From Haplodiscus bocki (lineage: Eukaryota), in the NCBI GenBank assembly GCA_965655095.1, contig OZ296650.1, positions 14,694,001 to 14,758,000 of the forward strand: 64,000 nt of DNA. Direction: 5' to 3'. Below are positions 52,480 through 64,000 of this stretch, piece by piece; the first letter of the stretch is position 1, and each line of letters starts with the position of its first letter. The position numbers were made by a program, and so were the translations under genes. The notes below the pieces were generated by a model. The model had not been told where the DNA came from. It worked only from the letters and a program-made list of their open reading frames with translations, and made no database searches.

Positions 52480-55400
52480 AACGTGTAGAAGATCTGTCAA
52501 CAAAATGAATCCATCTATCATTGTGTGGCTTGCACAAGTCACATACACTCAACAAACTCCGCCACTGGCTTGTCAGCAGATGAAAATTTGGGAGTTAAGG
52601 GATTGGGACAAAATCCAATACTACTTTTTAACATAAGTCTCGTTAAGAAGGAGCGTGGTGCCTTCATTCGTGATTGAAACTACAAGAAGACCGATGAATA
52701 ACTTGCAAAACTCGATGTTTCGAAAAACTGCAGAGAACTGAAGACAATCTAGCCTCAATGGTCGACAAAAAGATTGAACAAGACTTCAAGAAGGAATGTG
52801 AAAAAGTTTTTGAGAGTTACGCAAATGTCGTTGCTAGTTGAAAACCTACTGTGAACCCATCGCAAAGGAAGAAGAATTAGTCGAGCATTGTGAACCATGT
52901 CATCGGAAAAAGTATACGCTTACAAGGGATCCCTGAGGATCTTTCAAAAACTAAAGACGGGAATCTTGTCCCAACCAATGCGGAAAAGAATGAAGTAAAA
53001 AAAATTTGGTGTGGAGACACAAATAAAAAAAAGGCGACTGAGAGAGTTCACAAAAGAATGGAAGAAACCAGGCATCCTAATGGTCACCATTGCTATAGAA
53101 CACGAGGCACCTCTAGCGGTGGCTTAAAATGTTTTAAAAAAACGAAGCTAGTGCAAAAAAATCATCTATATGTCGCAAGCAATAACAAAACGAGAAACAG
53201 AAAGAAATCAAATGAAGACCAGGCGCAGATAAAGAAAAGAGTGAGCAGGAAATTGTTGAAAGAAAAAAACGAATTTTTTCAAGTTATTCGAAAACACTAA
53301 AATGATGGCGTCACTTTCGATTACGAGTTCGTGGAGTCGCGCCCTCACTAAACCACCTATTCAATTTGACTAGGCTACCCGAACATCCTGCAGAAAAGGG
53401 TTCAGATGCTCGTCAACTCTGAAGGTTGCTTCAAACTAATAAGTGCAGTCAAGGTTTGAAAATACAACATAGTATTTTTCAGAGATACATGATATAACGA
53501 AAACATTATTGAAAATGAACTCTATTTTGAAGATTACACCATCCACAGGAAGGATCAGCCAGCAAAATGTGAGAATAAACACGCTGTAGAATTGATTGGG
53601 ATCGAAAATATAATTTGCTGCCATAAAATCAAAATTTTAAATGATGGGTTTCTGTTTTGAGGAACCATCGTCAAAGGGTCTCTCGTCTATATTTGTTTTC
53701 TCTATAGCCCACCGAAAAACAGTCCCTATGGATACGATGTTGAAAAGTTTCAAATTGTTCTGAAATTGGTACCACATAAAAGAATATTTATACCTTGCTG
53801 AGACCCCAATCTTTGGTCCAAACGTTGCGACATGTGGAACAACAGTGACGAGTATGAAAATAATCCGAATCTTATTTTGATACCAATTTGTCCATCAAGC
53901 ATTGAATTTTTCAACAACATTAAAAACATGCTCGATGTTCCACCACATAAAAACTGTTTAGCATATCTTACCATTGAAAGTGACTTCCAGTCAAGTTATG
54001 ACTCTTCTGAACATTTTTGATTCGCAACCTCTTTAGAATTGGCTCACAACTATGCCCACAAAGTCCCTAAAAACCAAAGTTTTGGCTCGAGGAACTACAA
54101 CGGACCTTTGCACAATATGGAAAACGAACCATTTGATCAAATCTATTACACAAACATCACCGTTTTGTGAAACGAGCTTGGAAAAGACTTACCACAAAAA
54201 AATTGAATGAAAAGGAAGTACCTCTCAGAACAACTCTTGAACAAGCAAAACCACCCTTAAATCACATCGTCAAGTTTTCACATATGACAAAAAAAATTAG
54301 CAACGGAAACACTTTTGCTCCACAGCAGACCAACCAACTACAGGAAATAAAAATTGATTCAGCTTGAAAACACGGTAAAACCCCTTAGCGAAAAGGATAA
54401 AACTGATTAGCGGAACAAAATGTTTGGATGGTGAAACACGGACTTGATTCACAAACACCTCAACAAGCTCAACAAAGGCTGAATTCTCGCACTCATCGTG
54501 AATTATTATAGCATAATGGAATCCACATCTATAGGTGCAGCTAACTTTTTCAACAGTTTCTTTAATTCAGTTTTCTCCTCAAAAGAAACATATGAACTGG
54601 AAGACGTCAAAGTAATTAAACACGCTCAGCTGACGAATTTCAGCTTATCGAAAACGAGAATTCAGGAAAAGAATACGGATCCTGACGTTGCGAAGAGCGA
54701 AGGCTCCGAAGGAATCCCGCTGGGTTTCTTTCTTAATACGCGAAACAAAGTTCGTCACACTGTTAACATAAATTTAGGGTTTAAAAAAGAACGGAAAAAC
54801 TTCCTCACTTATAGAAAAAAGCTGTTTTCACACATTCGCAAAAACGGAACAAAAACAGGAAACGTGACAAACTGTCGTCGGGTATCACCAGTGAATTTCG
54901 ATAGCGATGTTTTTGATAAGTGCATTTATGATCCTTTTTATCAAGATTGTGCAACGCGGATGACAGATAATCAGCATGCTTTTGTTAGGAAACGATCTGT
55001 ACTCACTAACAAGCTACAGTTTTTGCAGGATACCCACAGAGCACTAGACAAGTCAAATGAATCAATAAAAGCATTTTTTGCAAAATTTTCTGAAGCTCCT
55101 GATCGCGTTACCTATAAACTTCCTCTACGGAATCACGACAAAATAGGAGACGATGACCTGTTTCTCGACATTATCTCAGACTACTTGGAAGGATGCAAGC
55201 ATTTTGTTTCTAAGAAAAGTCATTGCTCAGAATAATCTTCAGTTTGGATTGGCGTACCCCAAGGATCATTGGTGGGGTCGCTTTTCTTCTGTATCTCTAT
55301 CTTTATCAACTGTTTACGCGATATCATTGAATTCATTGAACCATTTATTTTTGCCGATGGCTTGAAATATTTTTTTAAAGCTAGCTAAATCTACAAGCTC

Positions 55401-56270
55401 CAATAGGACACATCATGAATTGAAAAATGGGCCAGTGGCAACAAAATGGACCTAGCCTCTGACAAATCCGCACAGTTAAATTTCGAAGGCAAATGAGAAC
55501 GAAAGATCTGAAACAATCACTAGCTCAGAACACTCGCAACGATATCAAATTTAGGTGTTCTCGTAAGTAGCAATCTATCCTGGTCTAGCTATATCAAAGA
55601 ACGCTTCTGCAGAGCTGACAAACTGCTCTACTGCTTATGGCTTACCGTTGCATATCGTCTGAAAACTGTCATTAAACTGGGTTTGTAGCAGTCCATAATC
55701 CTGCTATTTGTAGATAAAGGCCGGATTTGTGCACATTTGTCAAAAAGGAGCATCCGAGATCTTGAAGCTTTCCATAAAAAATCTTTGAAATGGGTTTGTG
55801 GCATTTCGCGCAAAGTTCCACAGTACAACGATTAGCTCTGGTTTCTAAATATCGTTCCGTTTCTTCTCTTTCTACAAAAAAATGACACGTTTCATCCATC
55901 AAAGTTGTATCAAGATAAGGAACATCACAAAATTGAGCTGCCAAATAATTTTTAGAAAATGACAATCGGAATACGACATTATTCAGGTTACAAACACAAA
56001 CAACAGGAAAAAGTAAGAGTGAGTTAATTCATCGCCCATGCAGGATTGTCAACAGAACGAATTGCTTCATCAACTACAAGGCATCCAATGGGCTTCAAAA
56101 CTGAGTTCTCAGTTTCCTGCGAAGGTTCATGAATGAGACGTACTTATCAAACAAATTGTGTTCTTGGCAGCTGTGCTGCGACTTTCAAAACTGCAGGGAT
56201 GAGTGGGCGATTTTCTAAGCAAATACAAGGGAGAGATCCCCGCAGCTTGACTGCAAATCAACAACAACAC
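52480..56270 (+). mobile_element. Near full-length degenerate CR1-type LINE (family B, second copy)
   Basis: ORF1 CVACTSHIH...SIRLQGIPED; ORF2 NELYFEDYTIHRKD, YSPPKNSPY, AANFFNSFFNSVFS, NQHAFVRKRS, GVPQGSLVGSLFF, FADG. Same 3' tail as the 42060 copy, at 56229-56270. Confidence 0.85.
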
Positions 56271-58152
56271 TGTTCACGAGGGATACACCATGCAACATAT
56301 CTAAGACTTGAACCCTTAAACACGCCCTGTGACATAGTTTTTTCTTTTTCGCATTTCCCGGACTTCTGCCCTCCCAACATTCTTAAACTTTGCAGCTTAG
56401 CGTACATCTCTGCAAATCGTCATATGTAAGTTGCTTGATATACCGGTATGCACGGTCCCCTTCAAAAGTTCTCTCGGTTGAAGAGAGATTAATGTTTTGG
56501 TTTTTGGACTCGAAAAACTGGTTGATTGCCATTATTCAGAGGAATCGATTGCCGAATTTCAAGTTTGTTCGAAAGAGCCGGAAAATTTGATTGAAAGGTT
56601 TCTTCAAACTTTGGACACTTCACGTTTTTCGTTCTTCAGTTACGACATGAATGCCCTTGGGCCTGAAAAAACCATTGGCTGTTTTTTTGGAGTCAGTAGT
56701 TAGCGGAACGGATGTTGACTGTTTGATATCAGAAACAATGCATTGAAACCCTTCTTCGAAACAAAATCAGTGAATTTTTTGTCTTTCAAAAGTACTTTCT
56801 TCACTTTTCAAACACGATTGAAATCTTTGCTCTAGAACACTTATGTTCTTTGATAACCACTGTGACCACCTTATATCCAATCTCAACATAGACAAGTCTA
56901 TCAGGGGCTTCACGGAGAGTGTAATATTTTGTCCTTGTTTTTGTCAGTTGAAGTATATAAGAGTAGGTATCGTTCAATTCTGAGACGTGTGGATTATGAA
57001 CATCCAATCAAAGTAAATGAAAATTAAGAATGCGGCAACGTTAGTTATTATTCATTTTTTCTTTGATGCATACAAATACAATATCCTTATGATTAATATG
57101 CGTAGGTCTGTCGTCAAAGTGTACCTTCGAAAACCATGGCGGCTTGTCTCTGAGCACCCTTAAAGCAAAAACGCTTGTGACAAAATTGTCGCCAATTCTT
57201 CATCAGCAGTAACAGAGATTTTCATAGTTTTTCTGAACACGTTTTATACAGTATGCTCTGTTAGTTTTTTGTAGCGTTGTGATAATGCACTTTGGTCTTA
57301 TGAAAAAATATGAAAAAAGTACTCACCGTTATGTCATGGAATATTTCTGCAGAATGTTTGTCAACTGAGTGTGTGTTGGTTCGCCTGAGGTTGTACACTG
57401 AGTAGCCAAACATAGATTTGAGATTCATTCCTGAAAAAAAGCTAGTTAGACGACTATTTGAATGCAACCCACAGTTAGATTTCCGAACAACTTGCAGAAT
57501 TTTTCGAACGCTATTTTCATAGACACTACGTACAGTATCTGTTGCAAAGAACAAATTGAAAAAACATTTCCGCCGAATGTTTTCTATAGATTAAAACTGG
57601 ATATAATTTGTTGTAGGAAATGCTTCAAAGAATTAATGTGCTTAAGATGTAATGGGCTTTGTATACGTTTTATAAAATAATCAAAAAAGCACATGTTATA
57701 TTTTGACGCATTGAGGAAATTATAACTATTTGTGGTAATATTTTTCCGACATTTTCCATGATATGGAAATCAACTTTCAAACTTTTGTGAAATTTCACAC
57801 ACAAACATATGACATATTCGTATTCCAGGAGTAAAACTCCGTACAAAATAACATTTTTACTACGAGATTTGAATGTATTGAATGTAACGAAATGTGTCTT
57901 GAAAGTTTAGAAGCAACTTGCTTCCATCAAACCACGAGCAAATATCAGTAAGTTCCTTATTCGGAAAGCAAAAGAATGATTATATTCGTACATTAACTTT
58001 GCATCATCTGGAAAATGGTAGGATGTGATGTGTAGACATTTGTATGGCAGATCTTTCATAAATAAAAGAAAAAACAATGGACCAAGTATTGAACTTTGTG
58101 GAACCCCGAATACAAAGCAGGTCAACGACAGGATGCAACCAGAATTTACACA
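54711..58152. repeat. Left arm of a large inverted duplication
   Basis: Reverse complement of 59900-63360. Mirrored ORFs share coordinate sum 118073 (55153+62920, 56133+61940, 56801+61272). Confidence 0.95.
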
Positions 58153-58199
58153 CCGGTTTGTCATGGAATCGCTCGGCAAATCCTTTGTCCGTTGGGTGT

Positions 58200-60700
58200 C
58201 TTGAAGTAGAGGCAATTTTCTCTGGCGTTTCTAGTAAAATGAATGGAGTTGCTATTTTTAACCATCAAAACATTCCATTCGCCAAATATTTGAACATGTG
58301 TATGACACATTCAATAATTTGACTATTCAATATTTTCACGCACAAAACATTCTAGCGAGTTGTGTACACAAGTCTCCTTGAAACTCAAACAGAAAACTGC
58401 TATTGAAATTCGATGAATAACTGGAATTTTTGCAAAAAAAACATTAGTGTTTGTAAAGTATTTGGAGATTTAAACATTGATCTGCTACAAAAACTTTAAT
58501 TCTTCAAAATTAAATGTGGAATAAAAAAAACCTTGTGTTAACAGAAAACGGAGGTGCACAGGTGCAAGACAAGCCAACTCGTGTAACTAATCCTTCAGAA
58601 ACTCCAATCGATCATATGAAACACAAAAAACTTCAAAACTTGAATTCGTCAAATTGAATTTGTTGACATCAACGAACATTGTGCTATACACGTCCCGTAC
58701 CGTTTCTCATTGTTGAAACCATCCAAATGAGCCAGAAAGACTTTTCCATTTCTGTAAAATCCCGCCGGAAAGAACAAATTTCCCGATTTCCTTTAACAAA
58801 AGTTGCCATTCTTCTTCCCGAGCGATTGTGTTAACGATGTTGTCAATCGTTTAGTAAAACCTTTCAAACAAAGAATTGATTAGTTTAAAAACTACCCGGG
58901 GGTCAAAAATAAACAAATAACTGTTCTGCGTTTGATATTTTCAGCAAAATGCTACTCAAAACGAGAAAAAGTTTTAATTTTGAATTAAACGCTTCTCCCA
59001 ATGAACTTGAATTGAATAAAAAACATAAAAGTGAGAGAAAGACGTAAATATAATATTCAATTTCGGAAAAGGGTGCGCTTTTCTGAAAAGTTGGCAAGTT
59101 TTCTTACAAACAATTGTTTGTTTTTGGAACGTTCATCAAAACTGAATTGACGAGAACCATCAAATGCCAGTCCAAAATTGAAAACTAAGACGGGTGGCTT
59201 AGATGAAAAAAAAAGAAGATTGTGTTTAACTCTATAATAAATTAACTCCTTCTACAGGTGTTCTGGAAAATGAAAATCTGTGAAATCAGTGTCTCATGGA
59301 ACATTTGCCAGCATACCTAATGATGGAAGATCAATTTTCTTGCACGACTGCACCGCTCTAGGAAAATCTAATCCAAAAAGGAAGCTTGATAGCGGAAAGG
59401 CAACTGGCATTGATGAAATTGAATTTGAAATTCTGGAAACGCGCGCACATATTTTAGCCCAACCCCTTTTGGTTAAAAAAACACTATTATTTTTCTAAGA
59501 TATTTTCCCGGCTCGCCTTAAAATCGCAACAAACGTACCATTACTTATACCTTGATCAAAGCAAATGTTCGAAAAGTTCAGGCGTGTCTCTGTTTTTCCA
59601 GTTTTGAGTGAAGTATCTGAGAGAAAAATGTTTAACCACATCCTAAGTTACATAGTTTGATCAAATAATTCATAAAAAAAGCATTTAAGATATCAAAGTA
59701 AAGTTTCAGCCGCTGATGCTGTCGTTGAAAGAACTTAAAAACTATATTTAGAGGAAATAAAGTGTGTTGTTGCATTCCTCTCGACATTAAAAAAGCATTT
59801 GATACCATAGACCACGAACGACTACTGATCAAACTAGAACAAAACGGCGTTATGGCTGTTGCCCTGGATTGGTTCCGCTCACATTTCTCAACCCCGTATC
59901 ACAGTGTAAAACTCGGGTATGCAATCTCTTTTTAGGCTGCTTTCGTATGCGGGGTTCCACAAGGGTCATTACTTGATCTTTTGTTATTTACTTTATATAT
60001 GAAAGATCTGCCATACAAATATCGACAAATCGCACCCTACCATTTTGCAGATGATGCTAACTTAGTGTACGATTTTAATCATTCCCCTTGCTTCCCGATT
60101 TAGGAAACAACAAAAATTAGCTCGTGGTTTGCTGAAAACAAGTTGTTTTTAGAAATGTTTCAGGACACAAATAGTTACGATCAAATGTCGTAGTAAAAAT
60201 TCTATTTTGCACGGAATTGTACTCCTGGAATACAAACATGTCAAATATCTAGAAGTGAATAATGGCAGAGATTTGAATGCTGATTTCCATATCATGGAAA
60301 TTGTCAGAAAAACTTGGCCACGAATAGATCTAATTTCCACAATGCGTCCAAATGTAACACGTGCTTTTTTGATTACTTTTTATAAAACGTATGCAAAGCC
60401 CATTATATCTTAAGCAATTTAATTCCTTGAAGCTTTTCCTACAACAAACTATATCCAGTTTTATTCTGTAGAAAACATTCTGTGGAAATGTTTCTTCAAA
60501 AATCAATTTGATAATCTGATTTGCTTTTTGCAACAGATACTTTACGTACTGTCTATGAAAATAATATTCGAACAATTCTGCAAGTTGTTCTAAAATCTGA
60601 CTGTGGGTTGCATTCAAACAGTCGTCTAACTATTTTTTTTCAGGAATGAACCTCAAATCTATGTTTGGCTTTTCAGTGTACAACCTCAGGCAAACTACCA
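58200..60700 (+). mobile_element. Degenerate L2/CR1-type LINE ORF2 (5'-truncated)
   Basis: VFGDLNIDLL, KPTRVTNPSETPIDH (APE); KATGIDEI, LDIKKAFDTIDHERLLIKLE, GVPQGSLL, HFADDA (RT). Boundaries approximate. Confidence 0.8.
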
Positions 60701-63360
60701 GACACTCAGTTGACAAACTTTCTGCAGAAATCTTCCAAGACATAACGGTGAGTACATTTTTCAAACTTTTCAATTAGATCAAGGTGCATTATCACAACGC
60801 AAAAAAAACTAACATAGCATACTGTAAAGGACGTGTTCAGAAAATCTATGAAAATCTCTGTCACTGTTGATGAAGAATTCGAGACATTTTTGATCCAAGC
60901 GTTTTAGCTTTTAGGGTGCTCAGAGACAAGCCGCTTTGATTTTCGAAGGTACACATTGACGTTGGGCCCCCGTATATTAATCATAAGGATATTGTATTTG
61001 TAAGCACCAGAGAAAAAGTGAATAATAACTAATGCTGCCGCATTAATCTTTTTCATTTACTTTGATTGGATGTTCTTAATCCACACCTCTCAGAATTGAA
61101 CGATACGTACTCTATTACACTTCCACTGACAAAAACAAGGACAAACTATTGCACTCTCCGTGAAACCCCTGATAGACTTGTCTGTCTTGAGGTTGGAAAT
61201 AATATGGTTACATTGGTTATCAAAGAACTTAAGTGTTCTGGAGCAAAGTTTTTAATCTTGTTTGAAAAGTGAAGGAGGTACTTTTGAAAGATGACAAATT
61301 CACTGATTTTGCTTCGAAGAAGTGTTTCAGTGCAATGTATCTGATATCAAACAGCCAACATCCGTTCCGCTAACTACTCCGACCAAAAAAATAGCCAAGG
61401 ATTTTTTCAGGTCCAAGGGCATTCAAGTCGGAACTGAAAAACGAAAAACGTGAAGTGTCCATATTTTGAAGAAACCTTTGAATCAAATTTTCCAGCTCCT
61501 TCGAACAAACTCGAAATTCGGCAATCGATTCATCTGAATAATGGCAATCAACCAGTTTTTCGAGTCCAAAAACCAAAACATCAATCTCTCTTCAACCGAG
61601 AGAACTTTTGAAGGGGACCGTGCATACCGGTATATCAAGCAACTTACATATGACGATTTGCAGAGATGTACGCTAAGCTGCAAAGTTTAAGAATGTTGGG
61701 AGGGCAGAAGTCCGGGAAATGCGAAAAAGAAAAAACTATGTCACAGGGCGTGTTTAAGGGTTCAAGTCTTAGATATGTTGCATGGTGTATCCCTCGTGAA
61801 CAGTGTTGTTGTTGATTTGCAGTCAAGCTGCGGGGATCTCTCCCTTGTATTTGCTTAGAAAATCGCCCACTCATCCCTGCAGTTTTGAAAGTCGCAGCAC
61901 AGCTGCCAAGAACACAATTTGTTTGATAAGTACGTCTCATTCATGAACCTTCGCAGGAAACTGAGAACTCAGTTTTGAAGCCCATTGGATGCCTTGTAGT
62001 TGATGAAGCAATTCGTTCTGTTGACAATCCTGCATGGGCGATGAATTAACTCACTCTTACTTTTTCCTGTTGTTTGTGTTTGTAACCTGAATAATGTCGT
62101 ATTCCGATTGTCATTTTCTAAAAATTATTTGGCAGCTCAATTTTGTGATGTTCCTTATCTTGATACAACTTTGATGGATGAAACGTGTCATTTTTTTGTA
62201 GAAAGAGAAGAAACGGAACGATATTTAGAAACCAGAGCTAATCGTTGTACTGTGGAACTTTGCGCGAAATGCCACAAACCCATTTCAAAGATTTTTTATG
62301 GAAAGCTTCAAGATCTCGGATGCTCCTTTTTGACAAATGTGCACAAATCCGGCCTTTATCTACAAATAGCAGGATTATGGAGTGCTACAAACCCAGTTTA
62401 ATGACAGTTTTCAGACGAAATGCAACGGTAAGCCGTAAGCAGTAGAGCAGTTTGTCAGCTCTGCAGAAGCGTTCTTTGATATAGCTAGACCAGGATAGAT
62501 TGCTACTTACGAGAACACCTAAATTTGATATCGTTGCGAGTGTTCTGAGCTAGTGATTGTTTAAGATCTTTCGTTCTCATTTGCCTTCGAAAATTAACTG
62601 TGCGGATTTGTCAGAGGCTAGGTCCATTTTGTTGCCACTGGCTCATTTTTCAATTCATGATGTGTCCTATTGGAGCTTGTAGATTTAGCTAGCTTTAAAA
62701 AAATATTTCAAGCCATCGGCAAAAATAAATGGTTCAATGAATTCAATGATATCGCGTAAACAGTTGATAAAGATAGAGATACAGAAGAAAAGCGACCCCA
62801 CCAATGATCCTTGGGGTACGCCAATCCAAACTGAAGATTATTCTGAGCAATGACTTTTCTTAGAAACAAAATGCTTGCATCCTTCCAAGTAGTCTGAGAT
62901 AATGTCGAGAAACAGGTCATCGTCTCCTATTTTGTCGTGATTCCGTAGAGGAAGTTTATAGGTAACGCGATCAGGAGCTTCAGAAAATTTTGCAAAAAAT
63001 GCTTTTATTGATTCATTTGACTTGTCTAGTGCTCTGTGGGTATCCTGCAAAAACTGTAGCTTGTTAGTGAGTACAGATCGTTTCCTAACAAAAGCATGCT
63101 GATTATCTGTCATCCGCGTTGCACAATCTTGATAAAAAGGATCATAAATGCACTTATCAAAAACATCGCTATCAAAATTCACTGGTGATACCCGCCGATA
63201 GTTTGTCACTTTTCCTATTTTCTCCTTTTTTTTGAAGGTGTGAAAGCAGCTTTTTTCTATATGTGAGGAAGTTTTTTCGTTCTTTTTTAAACCTTGAAAT
63301 TTATGTTAACTGTGTGACAAATTTCGTTCCGCGTATTGAAGAAGGACCAAGCGGGGTTCC
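59900..63360. repeat. Right arm of the large inverted duplication (includes an inverted 3' half of the family-B LINE at 61803-63360)
   Basis: Identical or near-identical mirrored ORF translations (e.g. 61644-61940 equals 56133-56429). Confidence 0.95.
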
Positions 63361-64000
63361 ATCCACAGAACATAACCGTAATAAAATGAACTTTGAAGAA
63401 TTCAGGCCACCAAGCTAAGAGCTGACTCCTCTTTCAGTTTATGTCTACTTATCACTAAATTCTGTCGGGTGAAACTAGCTGTTTTCTGTTTGGTTAATTA
63501 TTTCGTTCAACTCATCCGTGGAAACACGACGGTTAGCTGCTTAGTTGAATCATACTAACTATCGAAACCCGACAATAATTTTGCGAAAGCTGTCGAACTC
63601 GACAGCGCAGATTTGTGACATGTCACATAAGTATAGTTTTGGGGTCGATCGCAAACCAATCGTTTTAATTGAAGTTTTGAATATTTTCGCGAAATAAGTT
63701 TTTCAACTATTCTATAAAGTTCTCTTCAGAAAAAGAAATCAGCTTCATCGCAGCAAAACAAACAAACGAGAACGAAGCATGAGCCACCGAGAAAGTTTAT
63801 ACTCTGCTGACGCCAGAGTGAAAATAAAGTTCATTAGTCTATGCTTATTTTGAAGCTCAGAACATCGTCTGCAGCTTCGCATCCTGCGAGGTCATAAAGA
63901 TGGCGTAGGTCTTTTTCAGCAAGTTTTTGGTGAGCCCGTTCTAGCTGGAAAAACGCTTTCTGAATTACTCCCTTTTCTGGGTGACACAATAGGCTCAGCT

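Noticed and set aside
55628-56703. Identical duplicated small ORFs suggesting a conserved gene pair (mirrored at 61370-62445)
   Set aside because: They are off-frame or antisense translations of LINE and flank DNA; the identity reflects the inverted duplication, not selection.

Overview
AT-rich, repeat-dense eukaryotic (probably invertebrate animal) DNA with one clear host gene: a 3-exon UBE2S on the minus strand (12898-14049). The centrepiece is a ~12.8-kb decayed Ty3/Gypsy LTR element (22130-34912, minus) with both LTRs, a tRNA-Leu-like PBS and gag-PR-RT-RH-IN. It carries unusual cargo: a TARG1/OARD1-type macrodomain in the same frame as the integrase C-terminus, an antisense JmjC dioxygenase gene with its HxD...H triad intact, a degenerate Thr-rich membrane-protein-like ORF, and a furin-cleaved class I (F-type) envelope gene. 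This reads as an endogenous enveloped retroelement with two candidate anti-host-defence enzymes; those functions are inferred, not shown. The rest is several degenerate CR1/L2-type LINEs, a ~1.84-kb x ~4 diverged tandem array (1-6920), a foldback MITE-like element, minisatellite arrays, and a ~3.45-kb-arm inverted duplication (54711-63360) with an internal near-identical tract suggestive of gene conversion. All family calls come from motif recognition by eye; no database searches were run.
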